From Planctomycetota bacterium (lineage in GTDB: Bacteria; Planctomycetota; B15-G4; JADJEK01), in NCBI GenBank assembly GCA_044225365.1, contig JBGAIQ010000013.1, positions 64,001 to 128,000 of the forward strand: 64,000 bases of DNA. The letters run 5' to 3'. Shown piece by piece: positions 18,340 through 27,917 of the stretch. A program made the translations under genes and the position numbers. Numbering within the stretch: the stretch's first letter is position 1; each line of letters starts with the position of its first letter. Under the pieces are notes generated by a model. The model did not search any database. It was given only the letters and a program-made list of their open reading frames with translations, and was not told the origin of the DNA.

Positions 18340-19968
18340 ATGCGCTCCATTCGACTGAACGCCTTCCACATCGCGTCCTGCGGCCTCCTCCTCGGTCTTC
18401 CTGCTGCCCGCGCGGAGCAGTGTTTTGCTCAGTACTTCCCAGAGCCGCTCACTTCACCGTGGGTATCGCCCGCGTCTCACTACGGATCCGCGGTTGCGGC
18501 GTCGGGGACGATGTTCGCGGTCGGCGCGCCCGACGACAACCAAGCCATGGGATCGGTCGTGATCCACGAACTCGCGAATGGGTCGTTCGGCAGTTCGACC
18601 GTGATCCAGCCGCTCTTCGGCATGCCGGGCGACCGCTTCGGCGCGGCTGTCGCGCTCGACGGCGATCGGCTCGTCGTGGGTGCGCCGATGGATAACGCCG
18701 CGGGCGTCGGCACCGGCGCCGGTGCGATCTACGTCTACCATCGCATCGTGAATCAGGGCACGAGCGCATGGATCCAGGACGCCAAGTTCTACGCCCCGGA
18801 TGCCGCGCCGGGCGATCACTTCGGCGCCGTCGTCGCGGCCAGCGGCAACACGATCCTCATCGGCGCCCCCGATCGCGACGGGCTCGCCGTCGATCAGGGT
18901 CGGGCCTATGCGCTCGAGTATTCGGTCAACAGCCTCGTGTGGTCCACGTTCAACCAGACTACTCCGCAGACGAACGAGCACTACGGCAGCGCGCTCTCGA
19001 TCGATGGCAATCTGCTCGCGATCGGCAGCCCGCACTACATCAAGAAGACGCCCTCGACACCCGAGTTCGGACGCGTGACGGTGCTGAGCCGCAGCGCACC
19101 GGGATCCAATTGGCTGAAGGAATCGGAACTCGTCCCGGCAACCGGTGTGGCGGGTCTCCACTTCGGGATCTCGGTCTCCGTGAAGTCGGGTCGAATCCTC
19201 GTCGGTGCTCCCGGGTTCGTGGACTCGTCCGGTTTGGCATCGGGAGCCGGCCTGTTGTTCGAGAAGCAGAACGGCACCTGGACCCAAGTCACCGATCTGA
19301 GTTCGTACGACGCGCTGTTCAACGGCGAGACGCTTCTCGGCACGGCCGTGGTCCTCTTGGAACACGACGTAATCATTGCGAGTCCGACCCGATTGAGCAC
19401 TGGACACCAGGACATCTACGGGCAGTGGTGGGTGCCGACCGGGGTCTCCCTGCCGTTCGGCGACATGCAGGTGAACGACGGCACGACGATCAGCCCCATC
19501 ATCGCGGCCTCGGGATCGTTCGCGATCGCGGGTCGCCCGGCCGCGGCGCCGGGTGAGGTCGACAAGGCCTTCGCGCTCTCGCTCTGCGCCGGCAATTGGT
19601 CGAATCACCCGTGGGCGGCCTCCAAGGGCGTTGCCGGATATCCGCAGCTTCGTGGCGCGGGTCCTCTCGACGACAACCTCGCGCTCGAACTGCGCCTCGA
19701 GAAGGCGAAACCGAACACGTTCGGCATGCTCCTCGTCCACGTTGGCATCGAGGCCGCGCTGCCCTTCCACGGCGGCACCCTCGAGGCGTTCCCTGCCAAC
19801 CTCGCGCTCACGGTCCCGATCGACAATGCGGGCCGGTTCGCGGCGCCCGCGGTTCTTCCCGCGGGTCTCTCCAACGTCTCGTTCGTGATGCAGATGCTGA
19901 TCCCGGACGCGACGGCGAAGGGCGGAGTTGCGCTCTCGACGGGGCTGAAGGCGACGACCGCGCCCTGA
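18340..19968 (+). CDS. Secreted FG-GAP repeat beta-propeller protein with conserved C-terminal domain
   Basis: Signal peptide; repeats FGAAVALDGDRLVVGAP and FGAVVAASGNTILIGAP. Confidence 0.88.
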   Translation: MRSIRLNAFHIASCGLLLGLPAARAEQCFAQYFPEPLTSPWVSPASHYGSAVAASGTMFAVGAPDDNQAMGSVVIHELANGSFGSSTVIQPLFGMPGDRFGAAVALDGDRLVVGAPMDNAAGVGTGAGAIYVYHRIVNQGTSAWIQDAKFYAPDAAPGDHFGAVVAASGNTILIGAPDRDGLAVDQGRAYALEYSVNSLVWSTFNQTTPQTNEHYGSALSIDGNLLAIGSPHYIKKTPSTPEFGRVTVLSRSAPGSNWLKESELVPATGVAGLHFGISVSVKSGRILVGAPGFVDSSGLASGAGLLFEKQNGTWTQVTDLSSYDALFNGETLLGTAVVLLEHDVIIASPTRLSTGHQDIYGQWWVPTGVSLPFGDMQVNDGTTISPIIAASGSFAIAGRPAAAPGEVDKAFALSLCAGNWSNHPWAASKGVAGYPQLRGAGPLDDNLALELRLEKAKPNTFGMLLVHVGIEAALPFHGGTLEAFPANLALTVPIDNAGRFAAPAVLPAGLSNVSFVMQMLIPDATAKGGVALSTGLKATTAP

Positions 19969-19983
19969 TCGGAATTCCATCTT

Positions 19984-20016
19984 GCCCCCGCGCGGACGGC
20001 TGCGCGGGGGCTTCTT
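19984..20016 (+). terminator. Putative intrinsic terminator
   Basis: GCCCCCGCGC-8nt-GCGCGGGGGC stem followed by TTCTT. Confidence 0.6.
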
Positions 20017-20076
20017 CGCTTGCATCGGAGATCGCTACCTCGTGGGGAGGCTTCACGGCAGAATGGGAACGCCGCC

Positions 20077-23000
20077 ATGGAGAGAAACGAACCCGATCGC
20101 GATGTACCGGACGATCCGCTCGCGCGAGCGATCTTCGACTGGCTCGACCCCGAGCGATTCGGATCGATCGAGATCGAGAGAGCGCCCGACAGCCTGATCT
20201 CCGACGACAAGGAGCGTTGGCGTCGTCTCATCTCCGAATCGGGCAAGAGCACGATTCCGCCCATGCCCAAGGCCCCGCCGCCCCCCTACGAGCGAGTGGG
20301 GAACTATCGTCTGCGTGCGCCGATCGGCAGCGGCGGTTTCGGCCACGTCTATCTCGGTGAGGACGAACGCAACGGAAAGCGCGTCGCGGTGAAGTTGCTG
20401 CGTGCCGAGATCGCGATCGATCCGCGCGAGCGCGAGCGATTCCAACGCGAGGCCACCGCCGCACGGCGCGTGAACCATCCCAACTGCGTTCGCGTGCTCG
20501 AAACGGGAGAGATCGAGAACTCTCTCTACACGGTTCTCGAGATCATCGAAGGCGAAGGGCTCGACGAGCATCTGCGGCGCCTGCGCGCGATCGGCCAGAA
20601 GATGACGCAGGAGCGCGCGACCGAGATCGGCATCGAGATCTGCGACGCGCTCGCAGCCGTTCACGCCGAAGGACTCGTCCATCGCGACGTGAAGCCCGCG
20701 AACATAAGGCTCACCCGGGAGGGTCGGGCGGTCCTCGTCGACTTCGGACTCGCGACGGGCGAGGCGCTTGCGGTTCTCACGCGAACGGGCGAATTCATCG
20801 GCTCGCTCCCGTACGCACCGCCCGAGCAGATACGCGACGGAGTCCGCGAAGTCGACGCGCGCGCCGACCTCTATTCGCTGGCGGCTTCGCTCTACGAGTG
20901 CCTGACGGGGCAGACCGTCTTCACCGGCGCGTCGGCCGAGCAACTCGTGTTGTCGATCGTGCAGGACGAGCCGATCTCGCCGCAGCGACTCAATCCGCAG
21001 GTGAGCCGGGAAGCATCGCTCGTGCTCGGCAAGGCGCTCGAGAAGAATGCGGCGCGACGCTACGCAACGGCGAAGGATTTCCAGGCAGACCTCCTCGCTC
21101 TGAAGGCGAACGAGCAGGTGAGCGCGCGCCCACGCAGCCTGATGCGCGGACTCGAACTCACGATTCGCAAGCGTCCGGTCTTCAGCGTCTCCGTCGCACT
21201 CTTCCTCGTCGTCGGGATCGGACTTCCTCTCGCCTTGTTCATCCAGCAGAAGGCGTATGCCGCACGCCTCCGCGGCGAGCGCGACCGAGCGGACTCGCAG
21301 CGTCTCGCCGCGCTCTCGCAGATCGAGATCGATGTCGATCCCGCACGCGCGGGACTCCTGGCGCTCGCGTCGATCGACCGTTCGCCTTCGTTCGAGGGCC
21401 GCAACGCGCTCCTTCGCGCGCTGTCGCAGATGAACGAGAAGAAGACGATTCATGGCCCGTGGCAGCGATTGAACTACGCACTCGCAGTGGGAGACGGCAC
21501 TGCCGCGGTTGCACTCGAACGCAACGGGGATCTCTACTCGATCGATCTGAAGAGCGGCGCGGTGGTGCGTCGCGCCGGGCCCTTCGATCCCAACTGCATG
21601 CTCGCGACGACATCGAACGAAGCGCTCGTCGGCACGCCGACGGGCGTCGTCGAGCGATTCGCGCTCGACGACTTCCGCAAGCTCGAGCCGTGGACGGTGG
21701 GGAAGGCGCCGATCCTCGCGATCGCGGCGACGCACGACGGGCATCGTGCGGTCGTCGCTTGCGGTCGCGCGATCGTGTTCATCGAAGACGGCGTCCAGAA
21801 GACCACGCTCTCGCCGCACGCCAAGCGAATCGGCGACGTCGCGATCTCGCAGAACGGCGACAAGGGATTCAGCGTCGGAGCCGATGGAAAGCTGTTCGAA
21901 TTCGATACGGCGAGCGGCAAGTTCGAGGAACGACTCTCCTTCGGTGAGACCGAACCTCCTCGCCTTTGCCTCTCGCGCGATGATTCTCTGCTCGCTTGCG
22001 GAACCGATACCGACGTCGCGCTCTACGACGTGGCAAAGCATTCGTTGCGGCAGCGAATCGGCGGCCACTACGGACAGAGCACCGTTCTCACGTTTTCGCC
22101 GAAGGCGGACTACCTCGTCGCTTCCACGTCGCGCGAACTTCCCGCGCTGTATCGCGTTTCGGACGGCGAACGCATGATCGCGTATCGCGGCCACACCGAT
22201 CGAGTGAAGAGCATCTCGTTCCTGGGCGATTCGCTGCGCATCCTGACCTGCGGTAGCGAGCTCGATTCCACCCTTCGCATCTACTCGCCGCGTTCCGTAC
22301 TCGACGACGACGTCGTGCTGAATCTCGGCGGCGACGTCTTCTACCTCGAACCGGCAAGGGACTTCTCCGCCTTCATCGCTGGGGAGTATCAAGGGACGAA
22401 GGTGAAGCGAGTCGAACTCGACTCGGACCAGTTGGTCTGGGAATTCGGTGCAGGCGATCCCACGCTCGACCGGGTCCGCTCGATGCGACACGGCGATGTC
22501 TTCATCGTGGTGCGCAACTCCGGCGCGCTCGAGTTCCGACGGATCGCGGACGGGGCCATCGTCGAAACGGTGCAGGGCGTCGCCACGAACATCGAGCCGC
22601 ACTTCGACGAACGGCGCAATCGTCTCCTCGCGAGCATCGACGACAACCTCGTCGCGCTCGACGCGAAGTCTGGCGCAGTCCTCCGTAAGGCCGCGATGGC
22701 GGACGGTGCGAAGGAAAGGATCCACGGCTTCTCGATCGACGCCGATGTCCTCCTCGGCGCCACCGATAGCGGGCGAATCGTCCGGATCGACCCCGAGACG
22801 CTCACGATGGCTGCGATTGCGCAACTCGAGTCGGGCCTTCGCGTGCTCGGAATGGAGATCGATGCCCAGCACGACCGCTTCGTCGCGCAGGTCGTGAACA
22901 TGAACACGTTCGCGTTGCGTCTCGAGTGGTTCGCGATCCACTCCAGCGAATCGCTCGGGCGCACGCCCACTGTCACTTCGCACATCTGGCACACTCACGG

Positions 23001-23406
23001 ATTCGCTGCGGAGGGCAATGAATACGTCTACTCGATCGGCGGATCGCTACACCTGCTCTCGCTGATCGACGGCAGTGAGCGAACGATTGCGAATCCCGAT
23101 ACGGTCAACACTGCGGGGGTATCGGGAGACGATCGCCTCGTCGCCATCGGCACGACGTCGGGATCGATCCGAGTCGTCGATCACGCCACGCTGAAGGCGA
23201 TCGTCGACCTCCCGGCGCACGTTGCGAACGTGAACAAGCTCGTCTTCCACGGCGACGATCACATGCTCTACTCCGCGTCGAGCGATGGAACGGTTCGACG
23301 CTGGCGAATCGATCGCCTGGTCGAGAACGCCCGCGGAGTGTTCCCGAGGGAGCTGTCGCGAGAAGAACGCGAGCACTTCGAGATCGAGGATCACGAGGGC
23401 GAATGA
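20077..23406 (+). CDS. Hanks-type Ser/Thr protein kinase with TM helix and WD40 propellers (copy 1)
   Basis: IGSGGFGHVY, VAVK, HRDVKPANI, DFGLA, YAPPEQ; TM helix VFSVSVALFLVVGIGLPLALF; WD repeats (GHTDRVKSISF, AHVANVNKL...SSDGTVRRW). Confidence 0.95.
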   Translation: MERNEPDRDVPDDPLARAIFDWLDPERFGSIEIERAPDSLISDDKERWRRLISESGKSTIPPMPKAPPPPYERVGNYRLRAPIGSGGFGHVYLGEDERNGKRVAVKLLRAEIAIDPRERERFQREATAARRVNHPNCVRVLETGEIENSLYTVLEIIEGEGLDEHLRRLRAIGQKMTQERATEIGIEICDALAAVHAEGLVHRDVKPANIRLTREGRAVLVDFGLATGEALAVLTRTGEFIGSLPYAPPEQIRDGVREVDARADLYSLAASLYECLTGQTVFTGASAEQLVLSIVQDEPISPQRLNPQVSREASLVLGKALEKNAARRYATAKDFQADLLALKANEQVSARPRSLMRGLELTIRKRPVFSVSVALFLVVGIGLPLALFIQQKAYAARLRGERDRADSQRLAALSQIEIDVDPARAGLLALASIDRSPSFEGRNALLRALSQMNEKKTIHGPWQRLNYALAVGDGTAAVALERNGDLYSIDLKSGAVVRRAGPFDPNCMLATTSNEALVGTPTGVVERFALDDFRKLEPWTVGKAPILAIAATHDGHRAVVACGRAIVFIEDGVQKTTLSPHAKRIGDVAISQNGDKGFSVGADGKLFEFDTASGKFEERLSFGETEPPRLCLSRDDSLLACGTDTDVALYDVAKHSLRQRIGGHYGQSTVLTFSPKADYLVASTSRELPALYRVSDGERMIAYRGHTDRVKSISFLGDSLRILTCGSELDSTLRIYSPRSVLDDDVVLNLGGDVFYLEPARDFSAFIAGEYQGTKVKRVELDSDQLVWEFGAGDPTLDRVRSMRHGDVFIVVRNSGALEFRRIADGAIVETVQGVATNIEPHFDERRNRLLASIDDNLVALDAKSGAVLRKAAMADGAKERIHGFSIDADVLLGATDSGRIVRIDPETLTMAAIAQLESGLRVLGMEIDAQHDRFVAQVVNMNTFALRLEWFAIHSSESLGRTPTVTSHIWHTHGFAAEGNEYVYSIGGSLHLLSLIDGSERTIANPDTVNTAGVSGDDRLVAIGTTSGSIRVVDHATLKAIVDLPAHVANVNKLVFHGDDHMLYSASSDGTVRRWRIDRLVENARGVFPRELSREEREHFEIEDHEGE

Positions 23407-23425
23407 ACACGGCCAGGACGGACTC

Positions 23426-26400
23426 GTGACGCGAAACGAAGACCCGACTCCGGACGATCCGCTCGCACGCGCGATCTTCGACTGGCTCGATCCGGAGCGA
23501 TTCGGCTCGGGAGAGGTCGAGAAGGCACCCGAGTCGCTCGCCTCCGACGACAAGGAGCGGTGGCGTCGCCTGATCTCGGAGTCGGGGAAGAGCACGCTGC
23601 CGCCGCTTCCGAAGGCGAGTCCGCCCCCCTACGACCGTGTCGGTCCGTATCGACTGCTCGCGCCGATCGGGAGCGGAGGTTTTGGGCACGTCTATCTCGG
23701 CGAGGCCGAGGATGGGACGCGGGTCGCGGTGAAGTTGCTGCGGGCCGAGATCGCTCGCGATCCACGCGAGCGCGAGCGATTCCAACGCGAGGCGACGGCG
23801 GCGCGTCGCGTCGCCCATCCAAACTGCGTCCGCGTTCTCGAGACGGGTGAAATCGAGGACGCAAAGTACATCGTGTTCCAGGTGATCGAAGGCGAGAACC
23901 TCGACGAGTACCTGCGGCGCCTTCGCGCCGTCGGACAGAGGATGACGGAGGAACGAGCACTCGAGATCGGCATCGAGATCTGTGATGCGCTCGCCGCGGT
24001 GCACGCCGAAGGCCTCGTCCATCGCGACGTGAAACCGGGGAACATCCGCCTCACGAAGCAAGGACACGCGGTGCTCGTCGACTTCGGGCTCGCCACGGGT
24101 GAATCCCTCGCCGTGCTCACGCGGACGGGCGAGTTCATCGGCTCGTTGCCGTACGCACCGCCCGAGCAGATTCGCGATGGCGTCCGCGAGGTGGGGCCGC
24201 GGGCCGACATCTACTCGCTCGCCGCGACGCTCTACGAATGCCTCACCGGCCAGACCGTCTTCACGGGCGCTTCCGCCGAACAGCTCGTGCTCTCGATCGT
24301 CCAGGACGAACCGATCTCACCGCAGCGCTTGAACCCGGCCGTCTCACGCGAAACGGCGATCGTCTTGTCGAAGGCGCTCGAGAAGAGCGCGGCGCGTCGG
24401 TACGCAGTCGCAGGTGATTTCAAAGCAGACCTGGTCGCGTTGCGATCCGGCGCCCCGATCGTCGCTCGTCCGCGCAGCATCGTCCGCACGCTCGAACTGT
24501 CGATTCGCAAGCGACCGGTCTTCAGCCTCTGCGTCGCGCTGTTCGCCGTCGTGTGCGTCGGCTTGCCGCTCGCGCTGCTCGTTCAACAGCGGTCCTACAA
24601 CGCGAAGCTGCGCGAGGAGCGCGACATCGCGAATGCGCAGCGACTCGCCGCGCTCTCCCGGATCGAGGCTAGCGTCGACCCCGCGCGCTCCACCTTGCTC
24701 GCGCTCGAATCGATCGATCGCGCGCCGACGATGGAGGGGCGCACGGCGTTGTTCGAGGGCTTGTCGTGGCTCACCGAGGAGAAGACGTACTACGGCGACT
24801 GGGATCGTCTCGCGGGTGCGTGCGCGTTCGACGGGGACACCCGATTCGTGGCGCTCAATCGAAAAGGGGAACTGTTCGACATCGATCGCGCATCGGGCCG
24901 CGCGACCATCGTGGCAAGCGGGTTTCCGCCCTTCTCCGTACTCAGCGGTACGCCGAACGCAGTGCGGATCGGACTCCCGAACGGGACGATCCAGAGGTAC
25001 TCGTTGCCCGATCTCGCGAAGCAGGAGACGGTCGAGGTCGGTGCGTCGCCGGTGACGGCGATCGTCGCGATGCCGAGCTGCGAACGCGTTCTCGCGTTGT
25101 GTGGTCGCGAACTCGTCGTGATCGAGAACGGTGCAGTCGTGAGTCGCTTCAAGCCTCACAAGGGGCCGGTCGGTGGAATCGCGATCGCGAACGACGGCCG
25201 CACGCTCTACAGCGCGGGCGACGACGGAGCGATTCGCGCCATCGACGTCGAAACGCAGGCAATCCGCGATCTCGCGACGATCGAGAGCAGCATGCCGCCC
25301 AAGCTTGCGCTTTCTCCCGACGGCAGCCGTCTCGCGTGCGAGACGGAGACCGACGTGCTCGTGCTCGATCCGCACACGGGATCGGCGCTCTTCCGCTGCG
25401 ACGAGGATCATCGCCAGCTCAGCGTCCTCGCGTTCTCGCGCGATTCGGAACGCCTGCTCGCGGCGGAAGTGGTGGGTGTCGTCAACGTCATGCGCACGAG
25501 CGACGGCGCTCGCGTCGCCACGCATCGCGGTCATACGAATCCGGTGAAGAGCGCGGCCTTCCTCTCCGACTCCCACGACGTGTTCACTTGCGGCAGCGAG
25601 ACCGATTCGACTTTGCGCATCTTCGCCGAACGGACCGTGGTCGAGGACATGACGATCGGACGGAGCGGAAAGGACGCCGTTCGCGTCGACGAACTTCCGA
25701 ACGGAGCGGCTCTCCTCGTACCGAGCGAGTCGGACCGCAGGCTCGATCGCATCGCAATCGACGGATCGGGAATCGACTGGAAACTCGAGTTCGCGGCGGA
25801 TTCGACGATCGACGCCATCGCGCTCCGCGAAGGGTGCGAGATCTTCCTCCTGACCCACGATTCCGGAGACTTCGATTCGAGGAGCGCGATCGACGGCCAC
25901 CTCGTTCGGTCGCTACCCAAGATTCCGAAGCTTCTGAAGCCCAGCTTCGATGCGACGGGCCGCGGGATCGTCACCATCGTCGACGGGGCGATCACGATCC
26001 TCGATTCGATCGACGGCTCCGTTCTCGCTCGCGATCGCCTCGAGTCGGCGTCTCCCGGATGCCGCGTGTTCGCCGCCGCAGCGGGCACGATCCTCGCCGG
26101 GACCGAGGACGGGCGAATCCTCCTCCTCGATCCAAAGACGCTCGAGATCGCCCACTCCATCGCGCTCGGTCAAAAGGCAGTGTGCGCCGCGTTCTACGTC
26201 GATCCGAAGCAGGACCGGTTTGCTGCGCGAATCCTCAGCACGACCGGCGTCGGTGTGCGCTACGAGTGGTACTCGTCGAAGGACGGATCACTCCTCGGTC
26301 GCGTTCCCGAAGTGACGAGTCATTACACGACGCCGTTCGGGCTCGCCCGCCAGGGCTCGCTCTTTCTCTACTCCGTCGGCGACACGCTCCACGTCGTGGA

Positions 26401-26761
26401 GCTCGCGACCGGCAACGACCGCACGATCGTCGGCCAGGTCCGGATCACGGCTGCGACGGTCTCGAACGACGGGCGCTTCGCCGCCATCGGCGATATCGAC
26501 GGCGCGATTCGAGTCGTGGAGTTCGAGTCGGGCGAGGGATTCCTCGACATTCCCTCGCGGGACTTTCGCGTCGAGCACCTCGTGTTCGACACGCACGATC
26601 GCAGCGTGGCCCCGTCGAACTCGTTGGTCGTCGTCTATGACGACGGGATCGTGCGGCGGATCGATCTGCTCGCGTTGAAGGAACTCGCCCGCGATCGAAC
26701 GCCGCGAGTCCTCACCTCCGGCGAACGCGACCGATTCCGGGTCGACGCTTCGCGCAATTGA
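23426..26761 (+). CDS. Hanks-type Ser/Thr protein kinase with TM helix and WD40 propellers (copy 2)
   Basis: Same motifs (HRDVKPGNI, DFGLA); GTG start aligns with the copy 1 N-terminus; divergent WD40 region. Confidence 0.93.
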   Translation: MTRNEDPTPDDPLARAIFDWLDPERFGSGEVEKAPESLASDDKERWRRLISESGKSTLPPLPKASPPPYDRVGPYRLLAPIGSGGFGHVYLGEAEDGTRVAVKLLRAEIARDPRERERFQREATAARRVAHPNCVRVLETGEIEDAKYIVFQVIEGENLDEYLRRLRAVGQRMTEERALEIGIEICDALAAVHAEGLVHRDVKPGNIRLTKQGHAVLVDFGLATGESLAVLTRTGEFIGSLPYAPPEQIRDGVREVGPRADIYSLAATLYECLTGQTVFTGASAEQLVLSIVQDEPISPQRLNPAVSRETAIVLSKALEKSAARRYAVAGDFKADLVALRSGAPIVARPRSIVRTLELSIRKRPVFSLCVALFAVVCVGLPLALLVQQRSYNAKLREERDIANAQRLAALSRIEASVDPARSTLLALESIDRAPTMEGRTALFEGLSWLTEEKTYYGDWDRLAGACAFDGDTRFVALNRKGELFDIDRASGRATIVASGFPPFSVLSGTPNAVRIGLPNGTIQRYSLPDLAKQETVEVGASPVTAIVAMPSCERVLALCGRELVVIENGAVVSRFKPHKGPVGGIAIANDGRTLYSAGDDGAIRAIDVETQAIRDLATIESSMPPKLALSPDGSRLACETETDVLVLDPHTGSALFRCDEDHRQLSVLAFSRDSERLLAAEVVGVVNVMRTSDGARVATHRGHTNPVKSAAFLSDSHDVFTCGSETDSTLRIFAERTVVEDMTIGRSGKDAVRVDELPNGAALLVPSESDRRLDRIAIDGSGIDWKLEFAADSTIDAIALREGCEIFLLTHDSGDFDSRSAIDGHLVRSLPKIPKLLKPSFDATGRGIVTIVDGAITILDSIDGSVLARDRLESASPGCRVFAAAAGTILAGTEDGRILLLDPKTLEIAHSIALGQKAVCAAFYVDPKQDRFAARILSTTGVGVRYEWYSSKDGSLLGRVPEVTSHYTTPFGLARQGSLFLYSVGDTLHVVELATGNDRTIVGQVRITAATVSNDGRFAAIGDIDGAIRVVEFESGEGFLDIPSRDFRVEHLVFDTHDRSVAPSNSLVVVYDDGIVRRIDLLALKELARDRTPRVLTSGERDRFRVDASRN

Positions 26762-26915
26762 CGGTCCGCTGACGACATCTCGCGTCGAATCCTCTTCCGA
26801 TTCGACGATCGCTTCCCTTCTGCGACCGCGGAGTCGGTGTGGAGCCGGAATCGCGGATCTCGGACCTGCGATTCTCCCGAGAGTTTCGCGCCGCGCTCCA
26901 CTACATTCCAAGGCG

Positions 26916-27863
26916 ATGACCCACGTCCTCGTCACCGGCGGATCCGGATTCCTCGGCAGCGCGATCGTTCGCGAGCTGCGGGCCCAAGGCCACACGGTCT
27001 TCGCGACCTTCCAGACGCACGAGGATCGGCTGCGAAGTGAGTTCCCCGGCAAGGAGCCCGGTCTCGAATTCGTGGCGATGGACCTCACGAGCGACGAGTC
27101 GATCGAAGCGGCCTTTCGCCGCGCGTGGCCCGAGGCGGTCATCCACACGGCTGCGCTCTCCGAGTTGAAGCCGTGTGAAGTGGATCCGGATCTCGCGCAC
27201 CGCATCAACGTGCAAGCGTCGATCCAGCTCGCGAGAATGACGGCGGCGCTCGGCTCGCGCTTCGTGTTCCTCTCGACCGACCAAGTGTTCGATGGGTCCT
27301 CGACGGCGTACACCGAGGAGGCGCTCGCGAATCCGATCCACAATTACGGCAGGACGAAGCTCGAGGCGGAGCGCGAGATCCATCGCGCCTTGCCCTCGGC
27401 GACGGTCCTGCGCGTCGCGCTCGTCGTGGGCACGAGTCCGAGCGGCGATCGCTCGGCGTCGGAGAAGGTGGTGAACGACCTGCGCGCCGGCAAGCGGCCG
27501 AAGCTCTTCGTCGACGAGATTCGTACGCCGGTCCATGCTCGCGACGTCGCCAAGGCCGCCGTCCATGCGATCCCCGAGCGCGAATTGCCCCTCGTCCACG
27601 TCGCGGGACAAGAAGCGATGTCGCGCTACGATCTCGGACTTCGCGTCGCGCGGGCGTTTCGCCTCGACCCTTCGAGGATCGAGGCTGTCCGACTCGACGA
27701 GGTCGATATGATGCCGAAGCGTCCGCGCAACCTGGCCCTCGAGGCGCGGCGCATGCGTACGGTCCTACGATGCGGCGAGACATCGCTCGACGAGCGTCTC
27801 GCCGAGGACTTTGCGAGGCAGAGTGACAAGAGGGCGGCGGATTCATCCACGGGCAGTGAGTAG
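26916..27863 (+). CDS. RmlD-like (dTDP-4-dehydrorhamnose reductase family) SDR
   Basis: VTGGSGFLG, STDQVFDG, YGRTK. Confidence 0.85.
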   Translation: MTHVLVTGGSGFLGSAIVRELRAQGHTVFATFQTHEDRLRSEFPGKEPGLEFVAMDLTSDESIEAAFRRAWPEAVIHTAALSELKPCEVDPDLAHRINVQASIQLARMTAALGSRFVFLSTDQVFDGSSTAYTEEALANPIHNYGRTKLEAEREIHRALPSATVLRVALVVGTSPSGDRSASEKVVNDLRAGKRPKLFVDEIRTPVHARDVAKAAVHAIPERELPLVHVAGQEAMSRYDLGLRVARAFRLDPSRIEAVRLDEVDMMPKRPRNLALEARRMRTVLRCGETSLDERLAEDFARQSDKRAADSSTGSE

Positions 27864-27917
27864 GCAAGGATCGGTGAAGCCGACGCGTTCGACGCGTCGC
27901 GCCGCGCCGCGATCGAC

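Noticed and set aside
20053-22998. 981-aa minus-strand ORF (likewise 2327-4807 +, 34341-37187 -, 51083-53659 +, 43686-45965 -)
   Set aside because: Shadow ORFs opposite well-supported genes, with no family motifs.
20077-24500. Kinase duplication as an assembly artefact
   Set aside because: The copies differ at many synonymous and non-synonymous sites and have distinct, intact C-terminal halves.
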